Shown one piece after another: positions 11,071 through 19,316 of a stretch of DNA of 64,000 bases; position 1 is the first letter of the stretch, and the number at the start of each line of letters is the position of its first letter. Below the pieces are notes generated by a model, which made no database searches, was not told the origin of the DNA, and saw only the letters and a program-made list of their open reading frames with translations. The stretch spans positions 557 through 64,556 of the IMG/VR virus record IMGVR_UViG_3300038428_000448. One strand, given 5' to 3'. Source of the stretch: a virus. Taxonomy: Duplodnaviria; Caudoviricetes. The translations under genes were made by a program, and so were the position numbers.

Positions 11071-11506
11071 TTTGTTCCTCCAATTTTACATCCAAATCAA
11101 TGCCCGTAACAGCTTTTACAACCATTTTAACATCATCCACTGAAATTTTCATATCTCCCACTTCTTTTTCTTCCTCATAAGTTTGACCTTTTACCTTGCA
11201 AATCAATTTTATCAACCGTTTTCTTTTATTAAATTCACCAGCTCTATAGGGATTCCACTGTTCTTCCGCTTGCCACGGCTGAATTAGGGTCGTAGCATCC
11301 AAACCTACCGGTTGCAATTGAACCGGTAGAGCGGGTGGAAAAGATTGCGAACATTGTGACCATATAAGGTTTTCATTTTTCCACCATACACCTTGGTTGC
11401 TCCATGTGGCACAAATTTCTTGCACCAACTCACAATCTGCCCACGTCCAATTTCCATTTTTCCAAGGAATTCCTGCAAATTCCCAATAATAACAAAATTT
11501 AATCAT
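11060..11506 (-). CDS. Trp-rich hypothetical virion-associated protein
   Basis: 148 aa, two W-x6-W-x6-W units; late-type motif 2 nt upstream. Confidence 0.65.
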   Translation of the reverse strand: MIKFCYYWEFAGIPWKNGNWTWADCELVQEICATWSNQGVWWKNENLIWSQCSQSFPPALPVQLQPVGLDATTLIQPWQAEEQWNPYRAGEFNKRKRLIKLICKVKGQTYEEEKEVGDMKISVDDVKMVVKAVTGIDLDVKLEEQNVI

Positions 11507-11508
11507 AT

Positions 11509-11516
11509 TATAAATA
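11509..11516 (-). promoter_or_regulatory. Late-type motif TATTTATA
   Basis: 2 nt before ATG 11506. Confidence 0.65.
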
Positions 11517-11556
11517 GAATTGGCTTACTTCTTAATCATAATGTATTACGTTAAGT

Positions 11557-12963
11557 TTAATCATAATAAGTTATATCAAATGGCCCCTGACGGGCCACAT
11601 CACTAATGGCTTCAAATAAGTTACTCTTTTTGGTCGCAGCGACCTTGGTTCGCAAATACCTACTTAATGCGGTCAAATGTTTACACAAGCCTTCGCCATA
11701 ATCGTAAGCGGGTTTTGGTCTCCTATTTATACAGCCACTTAAACTATCAGGGCCAACGTCGCTAGCGCCTTGCTGCGTATCGTTATAAGCAAACCGATAC
11801 ATGAAATCAGGACAACCACAATCCACCTTGCATTCCAAATTCATAGCATCGTCACCATGTTCCACTTCTCCTTTGAGAAATAGAATATGGCCTTCAAACG
11901 GTTCATCTGTTACCGTGGTCTGCGGACTTGATTTGTATCGGAAATTCCATTGTTCCTGACCTTCTTCAATACTAACAGGAATTGAACGTACTCTTACGTT
12001 GGCCGCACGTTCTTTTCTATCATCGGTGGTCAAATCCAACAATTCCTTGTAAGTCATGGTTTCGTTTACAGATGATTGTTCACAAATTTCATTGAGTTTT
12101 TCTTTAATAAATTTTAAATGGGAATCTTCCTTGCGCAAGCATACTTTTTGATATTCCTCCGGTGTATATGTTCTGTTAATTTTATTGGTAACATATGCAA
12201 CTTCTCCCTTGTCAGGGTCAAAGCCCCACTCTTTCCATTGTTTTCTTGTTGGGTCGAATTTTCTTCCATTTTTAAATTCAATCCACGTATGAGCCGACCA
12301 ATTATCCTCATCATCTTCATCATAATACTCGGGAAAATAAACCCACCCTTCAACAATTTTAAAATCGGTTATTCCCCTTTTTAACAAATAATCGGTAGCT
12401 AATGCCGTTGCTCCCAAGCAACTCCCCAAAGTATGTCTATTAAATCCTTTTGGAAACATTCCTTCGCTTTGTTTTGGTGGCGTTTCTTGATTGTATTCAT
12501 AAACTTGTTTGGTAATTTCTTTCAAAAACAATTTAAATTCTTCTTTAGCTATCCAATTTTCTTTGATTTTTACTATTGAAAACGTTTTAGAAAAACTATT
12601 AAGAGGAGTAGGTGAAAAAAACAAATCATCTTCATGAACATTTGAATGATAATCGGAATATTCGGCTGACCAAATTTTTACTGGTATAAATTCCTGTCTT
12701 TTTGAAACATAATCAACAAGTGCATAATAGTCATGAATTCTTGTAATAAATTGTCCTGTTTTGAGATTATACACCACTTCAATAGGTTCTTTTTTAACAT
12801 GTACTTTTCTTTGCCTTACGTCTAATATGGCTTGAGACATTGTGTTTCTTGATAAAGACAATGCTTTAATCGGGAATTTATCTATAAAAAGAGCATTGGG
12901 TTCATCCACCCCTGCTTTTAGAATATCAAACAATTCACCATATGTCATGCGAGCAATAGCCAT
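11557..12963 (-). CDS. Three-module protein: unknown N-domain, transglutaminase/papain-like Cys-His-Asp domain, C-terminal SWIM-type zinc finger domain
   Basis: GSCLGAT...AHTWIE...FDPT triad pattern; CGCPDFMYRF...LCKHL SWIM-like pattern. Confidence 0.65.
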   Translation of the reverse strand: MAIARMTYGELFDILKAGVDEPNALFIDKFPIKALSLSRNTMSQAILDVRQRKVHVKKEPIEVVYNLKTGQFITRIHDYYALVDYVSKRQEFIPVKIWSAEYSDYHSNVHEDDLFFSPTPLNSFSKTFSIVKIKENWIAKEEFKLFLKEITKQVYEYNQETPPKQSEGMFPKGFNRHTLGSCLGATALATDYLLKRGITDFKIVEGWVYFPEYYDEDDEDNWSAHTWIEFKNGRKFDPTRKQWKEWGFDPDKGEVAYVTNKINRTYTPEEYQKVCLRKEDSHLKFIKEKLNEICEQSSVNETMTYKELLDLTTDDRKERAANVRVRSIPVSIEEGQEQWNFRYKSSPQTTVTDEPFEGHILFLKGEVEHGDDAMNLECKVDCGCPDFMYRFAYNDTQQGASDVGPDSLSGCINRRPKPAYDYGEGLCKHLTALSRYLRTKVAATKKSNLFEAISDVARQGPFDITYYD

Positions 12964-12968
12964 ATAAG

Positions 12969-12976
12969 TATAAATA
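12969..12976 (-). promoter_or_regulatory. Late-type motif TATTTATA
   Basis: 5 nt before ATG 12963. Confidence 0.65.
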
Positions 12977-12978
12977 AG

Positions 12979-13431
12979 TTACCATATTTGAAACCCACCA
13001 CATGTTCGAAGAAATTTGATAAATTTCTGAATGGTTCCAACATTAGTTTGATAGGGTTCTTCGCCGGGCTTTAAATGTGTGCCGGGTTTTATACCGGGTA
13101 CGGTTTTTGGTAAATTTCGCCCTCTTACAGGACGATTATATGGTTGTTTCCCTATTAAAGATTCAAGAGCATTAGCGAGTTTATTACATTCTTCTTGAGT
13201 TTGCAAACCTTGACCATTATTATCTTGCCATCTATGCAAATCTTTAATACCTAAATTAAATTTAGCATTGGCTTGGCTTATAAGTTCAAGCAATGGACGA
13301 TATTCCCAAGATGTGAGTGAGAACCGATTTATCGATAAAGCTAACTTTGGAGTTCTTGGGATAAAATCAAACGTCTCATTAATTTGTTGAACGATTTCCT
13401 TAATAAGCCATTTTAATTGTTTTTTGGTCAT
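12979..13431 (-). CDS. Hypothetical protein with leader MTKKQLKWLIKEIVQQINE (start corrected to 13431)
   Basis: The longer ORF-track start overlaps the capsid gene and crosses its terminator; the late-type motif sits 5 nt before the ATG at 13431. Confidence 0.7.
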   Translation of the reverse strand: MTKKQLKWLIKEIVQQINETFDFIPRTPKLALSINRFSLTSWEYRPLLELISQANAKFNLGIKDLHRWQDNNGQGLQTQEECNKLANALESLIGKQPYNRPVRGRNLPKTVPGIKPGTHLKPGEEPYQTNVGTIQKFIKFLRTCGGFQIW

Positions 13432-13436
13432 ATGAG

Positions 13437-13444
13437 TATAAATA
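13437..13444 (-). promoter_or_regulatory. Late-type motif TATTTATA
   Basis: Directly downstream of the capsid terminator, 5 nt before ATG 13431. Confidence 0.7.
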
Positions 13445-13467
13445 TTCAAGGAATATTGAATCGACGC

Positions 13468-13501
13468 AAAAGAAAAGAGCCGTATTTCTACGGCTCTTTT
13501 T
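13468..13501 (-). terminator. Intrinsic terminator after major capsid gene
   Basis: Minus strand AAAAGAGCCGTA-GAAA-TACGGCTCTTTT-CTTTT: perfect stem, GNRA loop, U-tract. Confidence 0.9.
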
Positions 13502-13525
13502 GAATTAATAATTATCCTGTTCAGA

Positions 13526-15367
13526 TTATACCGTGTCCAAATCTGCGATATAGATTTTACCGTAGAATTCAGGACGAACAATCTTCTTCGCGTAACGGGT
13601 CATTACACCGCGTCTTGGCGTGAAGTTCACAGGGTCATACACTAACGGTGTTTGAACCAATGGGATGTACGGAGCATATACTGCACCGGTTTCCAAGAAG
13701 TTATTACCACGGAAGCCCATTAGAATGATGTTATCAGTCATGTATGGGTTCTTGTAAACTTGGAATCTTGAGGCAAATGAGCCTACTCTTGAAACGCCCA
13801 TAGCGAACTTCGCTTGGTCGCCGTCGGTATTCACTACAAATCCCGGAATACATTCAAGGATGGTTGCCACTGATGGGGAGATAACCATGAAGTTAGCACC
13901 ACCACGAAGCGTCAATTGGTGAATTCTGTTGGATACCTTTTGAATCTTGTTGCCAAGAGTTTGGTACCATGTTGCCTTGGTGTAATAACCACCAGTACCT
14001 GCCGCTGTAGTTTGAACAGCAGTATAAGTACCAATACCCGTAGGAACGATTTCGGTGTTGAGACGAGCGCTCCAACGTTCAATATTAATAGGTAATACTG
14101 CGTTAATCAACATATCCAAGATTTCCAAATCAATTTCCATAGAAACGTATTCAGAAAGCAAGGCTGTCAATTCTGCTTCCGCGTCAATGCTGTGATAAGC
14201 ATTCAAGTCCTGAGCAAGTTCAGGCGTCCAAACGGCTTTCAACTTACGTGTCTTAGCTACGATTGGTTCGGAGTTAAGTTGCAAGTTTACTTCAGGAATA
14301 CCGATATCCTTGTTGAGACCGGTATCTGTGGTTGACTTACCTGTTGGATAAGGGAATCCTGTATCAGCACCTGCGACGTTTGTATTTTGAGTGTTATCTT
14401 CGAAGTCACCACGGTCTTGTGGGCTTGTCTGAACACTGTAAATAATACTACCCGTTACAGAGTCACTGACACTAGCAGATATGACAAATTGGACTTCTCC
14501 AACTTGCGCACCACCGGCATCAATACCCGTGCCCAACACGAATTTCGTGAATGGCGGGAAGTAAATGTCGCCGCTTACTCCAGCACTTGCGGTTGCAAAT
14601 GAGCCGGAAGAACCGACAGCTTGTACTAGGCCAAACGGCACAAAAGAACGAACAGCTAATGGGTCAAACGGGTTTCCTTGGGAAACTGATTGATTATAGA
14701 AGTTCGTGCTCTTAATAGTAATAAGTTGACCGTTTACAAAGGAGTTGGAAATACTATTTACAACACTTTGTACGGAGCCGGATGCAGCCGTTTGGGTGTA
14801 ATAATTTGCTAGCCAATCAATATCTTCCAATGTCGATGTGGCGGTAGTAAAATATATTGAACCGCTTGTTGCAACCTTTTGATTGATGGAATAACCATAT
14901 CGGCCTGCGCCGTATAGACCACCACTAAATGTATCGGTAGAACCCAGCTTGATACCAGTACCACCGAACAATGATTGATAATATGAACCTGATTGGTCAG
15001 CAGGGCTGCCGCCGTGTTGTGAACCATACTTGAAATCCAAGTAGAACACAAGACCAGATGGAAGGTTCATCGGCTGAACGGATACGAATTCCTTCGCAGC
15101 AAATTCAGCGAATACACGTCTGACCAATGGTAGAGCTACGCCCGCCCATTGTTCAGAGTTTGCAGAGGTACCTGTGGCGGTTGCTTCTTCAATCAGCTGT
15201 TTGGCTTGATTTTCGAGCAACACTGCCATGTTGGATTTCTCCACATCACTCTTAATACCATCAAGAAGACCGGTTTTATCCCACTTGGTCACAAGACCAC
15301 GGGTTTCCTGCATCAAACGAGCTTGAGGATTTAGAGTGTTTGTTAACAATGATTTAATATTTTCCAT
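13526..15367 (-). CDS. gp23: Major capsid protein (T4 gp23-like)
   Basis: LLENQ, LPLVRRVF, VSVQPMNLPSGLVFYLDF, AKTRKLKAVWTPELAQDLNAYHSIDAEAEL, YAPYIPL, FTPRRGVMTRY motifs. Confidence 0.97.
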   Translation of the reverse strand: MENIKSLLTNTLNPQARLMQETRGLVTKWDKTGLLDGIKSDVEKSNMAVLLENQAKQLIEEATATGTSANSEQWAGVALPLVRRVFAEFAAKEFVSVQPMNLPSGLVFYLDFKYGSQHGGSPADQSGSYYQSLFGGTGIKLGSTDTFSGGLYGAGRYGYSINQKVATSGSIYFTTATSTLEDIDWLANYYTQTAASGSVQSVVNSISNSFVNGQLITIKSTNFYNQSVSQGNPFDPLAVRSFVPFGLVQAVGSSGSFATASAGVSGDIYFPPFTKFVLGTGIDAGGAQVGEVQFVISASVSDSVTGSIIYSVQTSPQDRGDFEDNTQNTNVAGADTGFPYPTGKSTTDTGLNKDIGIPEVNLQLNSEPIVAKTRKLKAVWTPELAQDLNAYHSIDAEAELTALLSEYVSMEIDLEILDMLINAVLPINIERWSARLNTEIVPTGIGTYTAVQTTAAGTGGYYTKATWYQTLGNKIQKVSNRIHQLTLRGGANFMVISPSVATILECIPGFVVNTDGDQAKFAMGVSRVGSFASRFQVYKNPYMTDNIILMGFRGNNFLETGAVYAPYIPLVQTPLVYDPVNFTPRRGVMTRYAKKIVRPEFYGKIYIADLDTV

Positions 15368-15413
15368 ATTGTTTTCTCTATTTTTCTTTTTGTTGTTTGC
15401 TCACTATTGTAAA

Positions 15414-17024
15414 TTACTTCTTTTCAGGAGTAGCTTTTGGTGCATCCTTGATTCCAGCGAGCTTCTTGAATCTCAGAGCCATCTCGTTACCTTCGGTAAT
15501 TAACTTGGAAGGTTTCGTTGATGATACCGGCTTTGATGCGAATCCTTCGGTAATCTGCTTGACTTGGCCCTTTTGTGGAATTGGTTTTGCAACCGGCTTC
15601 ACAGATTGGATTCTCGTCATATGCGTACCGAAATTTAGGGACTCCGCCAATAGGGCGTAGGCCAGCTTGACTTCACGAACACTCTTTGTTAGGTCAAATG
15701 ATTCGACGATCTTCATACGATATGGGTCGTCCAAAACACCTGCGAATTCTTTAAACAACTTGTTCGTGTAGAGTAGTTTAGCATTCAACAGATTAACCTC
15801 ATTAATTTGTCCACGAAGGAATTCAATGGTTTTATAAGCTTCCCTCAAAGCAACTTTGTATTGGGTAGCTTCTCCCATTGTTGGCTTACCAGTTCCCTCT
15901 GGGGTGCCTATATTACCTTTACCACTAATATTGTGGTTCTTGCCCGTGAGCTGTTTCTTACTAGCATCCGGGCCTGCTGGATAACCCTTTACTCCACCAC
16001 CTTTGTTCTGACCAGCAAGTTCTGTGGTCGGAATCCCTTGGTTTTGTAGAGCTTCATCCATTTCTTCTTCCTCTTCCTCTTTCTTTCCTTCGTCTTCCTC
16101 TTCCGCTTCTTCATTGAGAGCGGCGAGTAATTCTTCAAGATTGATATTTTCATCATCTTCGTCTTCTTCTCCCGGTGCTTTTGCAACAGGAGGTTCCTCA
16201 ACGCCTCCAGCATTCATGCCGGCTGGCGCGGTGGCGGCCGCGGCATCATCTTCTGGAGCAGCACCGTCTGCCGGTGGGCCATCAAGATTAATATCAACTG
16301 CGCTACCCGGTTCTGCATCAACCGGAATTTCTGCTTCCGGTTCACCATCACCTGCGGCAGCAGGGGCCGGTGGTAATTCTGCATCTCCACCATCTATTGG
16401 TGCGGGGTCTTCTGTCGGAGCGGGGGCTGGAGCAACCGGTTCGTCTTCCACCTTTTTACCCTCTTCTTCATCAGCTACTTCATTTTCCAATTCCGCAATA
16501 ATTTCATCTAAATCTTCCGAAGTCAGGCCAGCTTCACTAACGGCTTCATCACAGGTGCATAGGCTGGCGGGTTTACCACAAGTCTTGCATTCCTCAACAG
16601 ATTCCTCTTCTTCATCGGCTACTTCGTCCATTTTTTTGCCTTCTTCTTCCTCTTCTTCGGCTGTCTCATTAACTTTTTTGCCGAGTTTTGGAACACCTGT
16701 TGGGCCTAACCCAGCTTGAACGGCTTTAAAACTTGTGTCACCAGCGCCACCTTTTGGTGTCTTTGGATTACCTTTAGTAACGGCTTTGGTTGCTGGGCCT
16801 TTGGCTTCGCCGCCTTTACCTGAAACTTGGTTTGGGGCTTCTACTTCCTGTAGTCCCTCTTCTTCTTCCTCTTCTTCGGATTCCTCTTTTAGTCTGTCGG
16901 CAAACATTGCCTCAAAGCGAGGAGCGAAGGCTTCTTCAAGAGCAGCTTTAGCATTGGCGAGAGCAGTAGCTCTTACTGCCTTAGCATCAGCAATTGCTTC
17001 TTTTAATAGTTCGCTATTAATCAT
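15414..17024 (-). CDS. Prohead core/scaffold protein (gp22-like role)
   Basis: Very acidic 536-aa protein directly upstream of capsid gene; helical N-terminus (LLKEAIADAKAVR) and C-terminal coiled region (EVNLLNAKLLYTNKLF); many hydrophobic-X-E sites. Confidence 0.85.
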   Translation of the reverse strand: MINSELLKEAIADAKAVRATALANAKAALEEAFAPRFEAMFADRLKEESEEEEEEEGLQEVEAPNQVSGKGGEAKGPATKAVTKGNPKTPKGGAGDTSFKAVQAGLGPTGVPKLGKKVNETAEEEEEEGKKMDEVADEEEESVEECKTCGKPASLCTCDEAVSEAGLTSEDLDEIIAELENEVADEEEGKKVEDEPVAPAPAPTEDPAPIDGGDAELPPAPAAAGDGEPEAEIPVDAEPGSAVDINLDGPPADGAAPEDDAAAATAPAGMNAGGVEEPPVAKAPGEEDEDDENINLEELLAALNEEAEEEDEGKKEEEEEEMDEALQNQGIPTTELAGQNKGGGVKGYPAGPDASKKQLTGKNHNISGKGNIGTPEGTGKPTMGEATQYKVALREAYKTIEFLRGQINEVNLLNAKLLYTNKLFKEFAGVLDDPYRMKIVESFDLTKSVREVKLAYALLAESLNFGTHMTRIQSVKPVAKPIPQKGQVKQITEGFASKPVSSTKPSKLITEGNEMALRFKKLAGIKDAPKATPEKK

Positions 17025-17191
17025 AGTTTTGTTTTTCTTTGTTTTCTGGAGCTATTTGGAGCTTCAATGAAGTTTACGTTTTGAATACGTGGCAGCAAAT
17101 GAAGTTGCTGCATTTCTGATAAATAAATAGTGTTATTTTTTCTAAAATACAAAAAATCTTACGGAATGATTGATAATATTTATGTGGTGTT

Positions 17192-17566
17192 ATGTATAAT
17201 CATAAAGAATATCAGAAACAATGGAGAGAAACACATAAAGAATATAAGAAAACGTGGTTCCAAAAACACAAAGAAAAATACAAAAAGAAATACAAAGAAA
17301 GTCAAAAAAATAGTTTTCTAGTTAAGAACTACGGCATTTCTATTGAACAATACAACGAACTGTTTCTTAAACAAAATGGTTGTTGTAAAATATGTGGCAG
17401 GCATCAGTCTGAATTTAAGAGAAGCCTTGCGGTTGACCATTGCCATGATACAAAGAAAATTAGAGGATTACTATGTCATCACTGTAATCAAGGTATAGGT
17501 GCATTTTTTGAAGATATTTTAATAATGGAGAGAGCAATAAACTATATTAAAGAATCTTCTAATTAG
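17192..17566 (+). CDS. Endonuclease VII-family HNH nuclease (possible homing endonuclease)
   Basis: CKICG...LAVDHCH.T.KIRGLLCHHCN..IG motif after a basic N-terminal helix. Confidence 0.9.
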   Translation: MYNHKEYQKQWRETHKEYKKTWFQKHKEKYKKKYKESQKNSFLVKNYGISIEQYNELFLKQNGCCKICGRHQSEFKRSLAVDHCHDTKKIRGLLCHHCNQGIGAFFEDILIMERAINYIKESSN

Positions 17567-17604
17567 GTTAATTCTTGTTATATTTATTAGACAGAATAAA
17601 TCAT

Positions 17605-18366
17605 ATGCCAAGCAAATCAATAAAACAGCAACATTTTTTTAAAGCAGTAAGACGAGCAAAACATGACCCTGATTATGGGGATGCGCGTATTAGAAAGGTA
17701 GCAGGGTCAATGAGTGATTCTGATATCAACGATTTTGCCAATTCCTTGGCGGAATTAAAAACAAAAAAAGCTGTATTATCAATTCTTAAAGATATCCGTG
17801 AACCAATGTATCTTGATGAAGCGGGTGAAGAACCTACCTCAATTAATCCTGTGGCCACCACATTTCATGTGAAGGAAGAATGGGCAACATATATAAAACC
17901 TTATGTTGGACAACCCTTTACACCAAGAGAATTGGATGCATTGGGTAATTTCAAGGAAAAACAGCCCATTACCACGGCTAGAACTGAAATTTGGTATAAA
18001 GCCACGGATACATTTGGAATCAGTCATATTACCGTCATCAAAAAGATGAAAGACAGCGGGCAATTTTCTTTCACCGCTTTCCAAAAACAGGAAAAACCGG
18101 AGTCGGAAGAAGAAAAGAAAAAGAAGGAACAGGAAAAATCGATGAATGCTGGCGGTATTCCTCTTGGTGGCCCTGAACTCGGCGGACCGCCGGAAACTCC
18201 CCAAGGTGAACTTCCTCCGGGTTCCCCCAACCCACCAGCTACCTCTAAAAAACCTGAAGAGGAAGAGGAAAAAGATGACATCATTGTAACAAAATCAATA
18301 CTATTTAAAGATGATATAAAAGGCGCCGCTATTTTGGTGGAATTTCTAAAGAAATTGGATTTATAA
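17605..18366 (+). CDS. Hypothetical head-associated protein with DUF3008-like N-terminus (start corrected to 17605)
   Basis: MPSKSIKQQHFFKAV resembles the MPAKSKAQQ motif; TATTTATT at 17581 lies upstream of this ATG. Confidence 0.65.
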   Translation: MPSKSIKQQHFFKAVRRAKHDPDYGDARIRKVAGSMSDSDINDFANSLAELKTKKAVLSILKDIREPMYLDEAGEEPTSINPVATTFHVKEEWATYIKPYVGQPFTPRELDALGNFKEKQPITTARTEIWYKATDTFGISHITVIKKMKDSGQFSFTAFQKQEKPESEEEKKKKEQEKSMNAGGIPLGGPELGGPPETPQGELPPGSPNPPATSKKPEEEEEKDDIIVTKSILFKDDIKGAAILVEFLKKLDL

Positions 18367-18367
18367 T

Positions 18368-18676
18368 ATGATTAAACTAGCAGAATTATTACAGCATATT
18401 GTCCGAGATGAAAGTGACCAAGGGTTGACGCCTGTTGATAATTGGAAAGCAACCGATGCGATGTTTATTGAAGATATGGGATTTAAGAATGATGGTATGT
18501 TTTATTACGCTCTTAAAAAACCGGAAATGAGGTTAAGTCATAAAAAGGGCGTCGGTTTCATTATTGAGGATAAAGTCAAAAAGGAAAAGAGAACGTTTCC
18601 AAAATTCAGGGATCTTGAAGAGTATTTCGCAAATTACAAACAAAAGTTTGAAAATCAACCATATGATGACCATTAA
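18368..18676 (+). CDS. Hypothetical protein with leader MIKLAELLQHIVRDE
   Basis: 102-aa ORF 1 nt after the previous stop. Confidence 0.65.
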   Translation: MIKLAELLQHIVRDESDQGLTPVDNWKATDAMFIEDMGFKNDGMFYYALKKPEMRLSHKKGVGFIIEDKVKKEKRTFPKFRDLEEYFANYKQKFENQPYDDH

Positions 18677-18708
18677 AGAAATCGGAGACGTTTTAACAAA
18701 ACAACCTC

Positions 18709-18716
18709 TATTTATA
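18709..18716 (+). promoter_or_regulatory. Late-type motif TATTTATA
   Basis: 4 nt before ATG 18721. Confidence 0.65.
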
Positions 18717-18720
18717 TGAT

Positions 18721-19278
18721 ATGAAAGAAAATCTCGAAGTAAAAGAATTCAGTCTAAAAAAGATTTTAGAAAATCTTGACAATATTCCCCGTGACGGCGG
18801 TGCCAAGTTTGGCAACGAACAGCAAAAACTAACCCCACAACAGAAAAAAGATTTGATGGAAAAGGTCCGCAAATTCAATGAATATGGTAAAGTTCTGCGT
18901 TGTGAAACTGCCCTCATGGAAATGGCAAACACTCTTTCTGAAATTGGTCAAATGGCGGAATCATATGCTATGACTGAATCCGGTGATTATTTTCAAGCCG
19001 AAGTTGTAAAAAGAGATTTCAATGAAGTAAAAAAAATTACCAAGGATTTTTCAAAGAGAGCTAGAGAATGTTACGGTGGACTTCAGCAATTAAATGCTCT
19101 CTATGAAGATATGGGCAGAAAAATGGAAAGATACTTTGAGATTCAATCTTTGGATGAAATTGCTTCAGTAATTACACAAGATGAATCTTCAGCACCTTCT
19201 CCGCAAATTGGTGAAGTGGCTGACGAAGAAGAGGAAGAATCTATTTCTCTTCAAGAAGTTATTAAAAAAAAAGTATAA
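18721..19278 (+). CDS. Helical head-associated hypothetical protein; possibly joined to next ORF by frameshift
   Basis: 185 aa; TATTTATA 4 nt upstream; ends at an A9 run. Confidence 0.75.
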   Translation: MKENLEVKEFSLKKILENLDNIPRDGGAKFGNEQQKLTPQQKKDLMEKVRKFNEYGKVLRCETALMEMANTLSEIGQMAESYAMTESGDYFQAEVVKRDFNEVKKITKDFSKRARECYGGLQQLNALYEDMGRKMERYFEIQSLDEIASVITQDESSAPSPQIGEVADEEEEESISLQEVIKKKV

Positions 19279-19316
19279 TAAATGAAGAGGGTCAACCCCT
19301 TGACCCCTACAAAACC

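Noticed and set aside
13432-13581. N-terminal extension of ORF 12979..13581
   Set aside because: Crosses the capsid stop and terminator; 13431 is better supported. Similar over-long starts were trimmed at 17575, 24560, 27693, 50252 and 52693.
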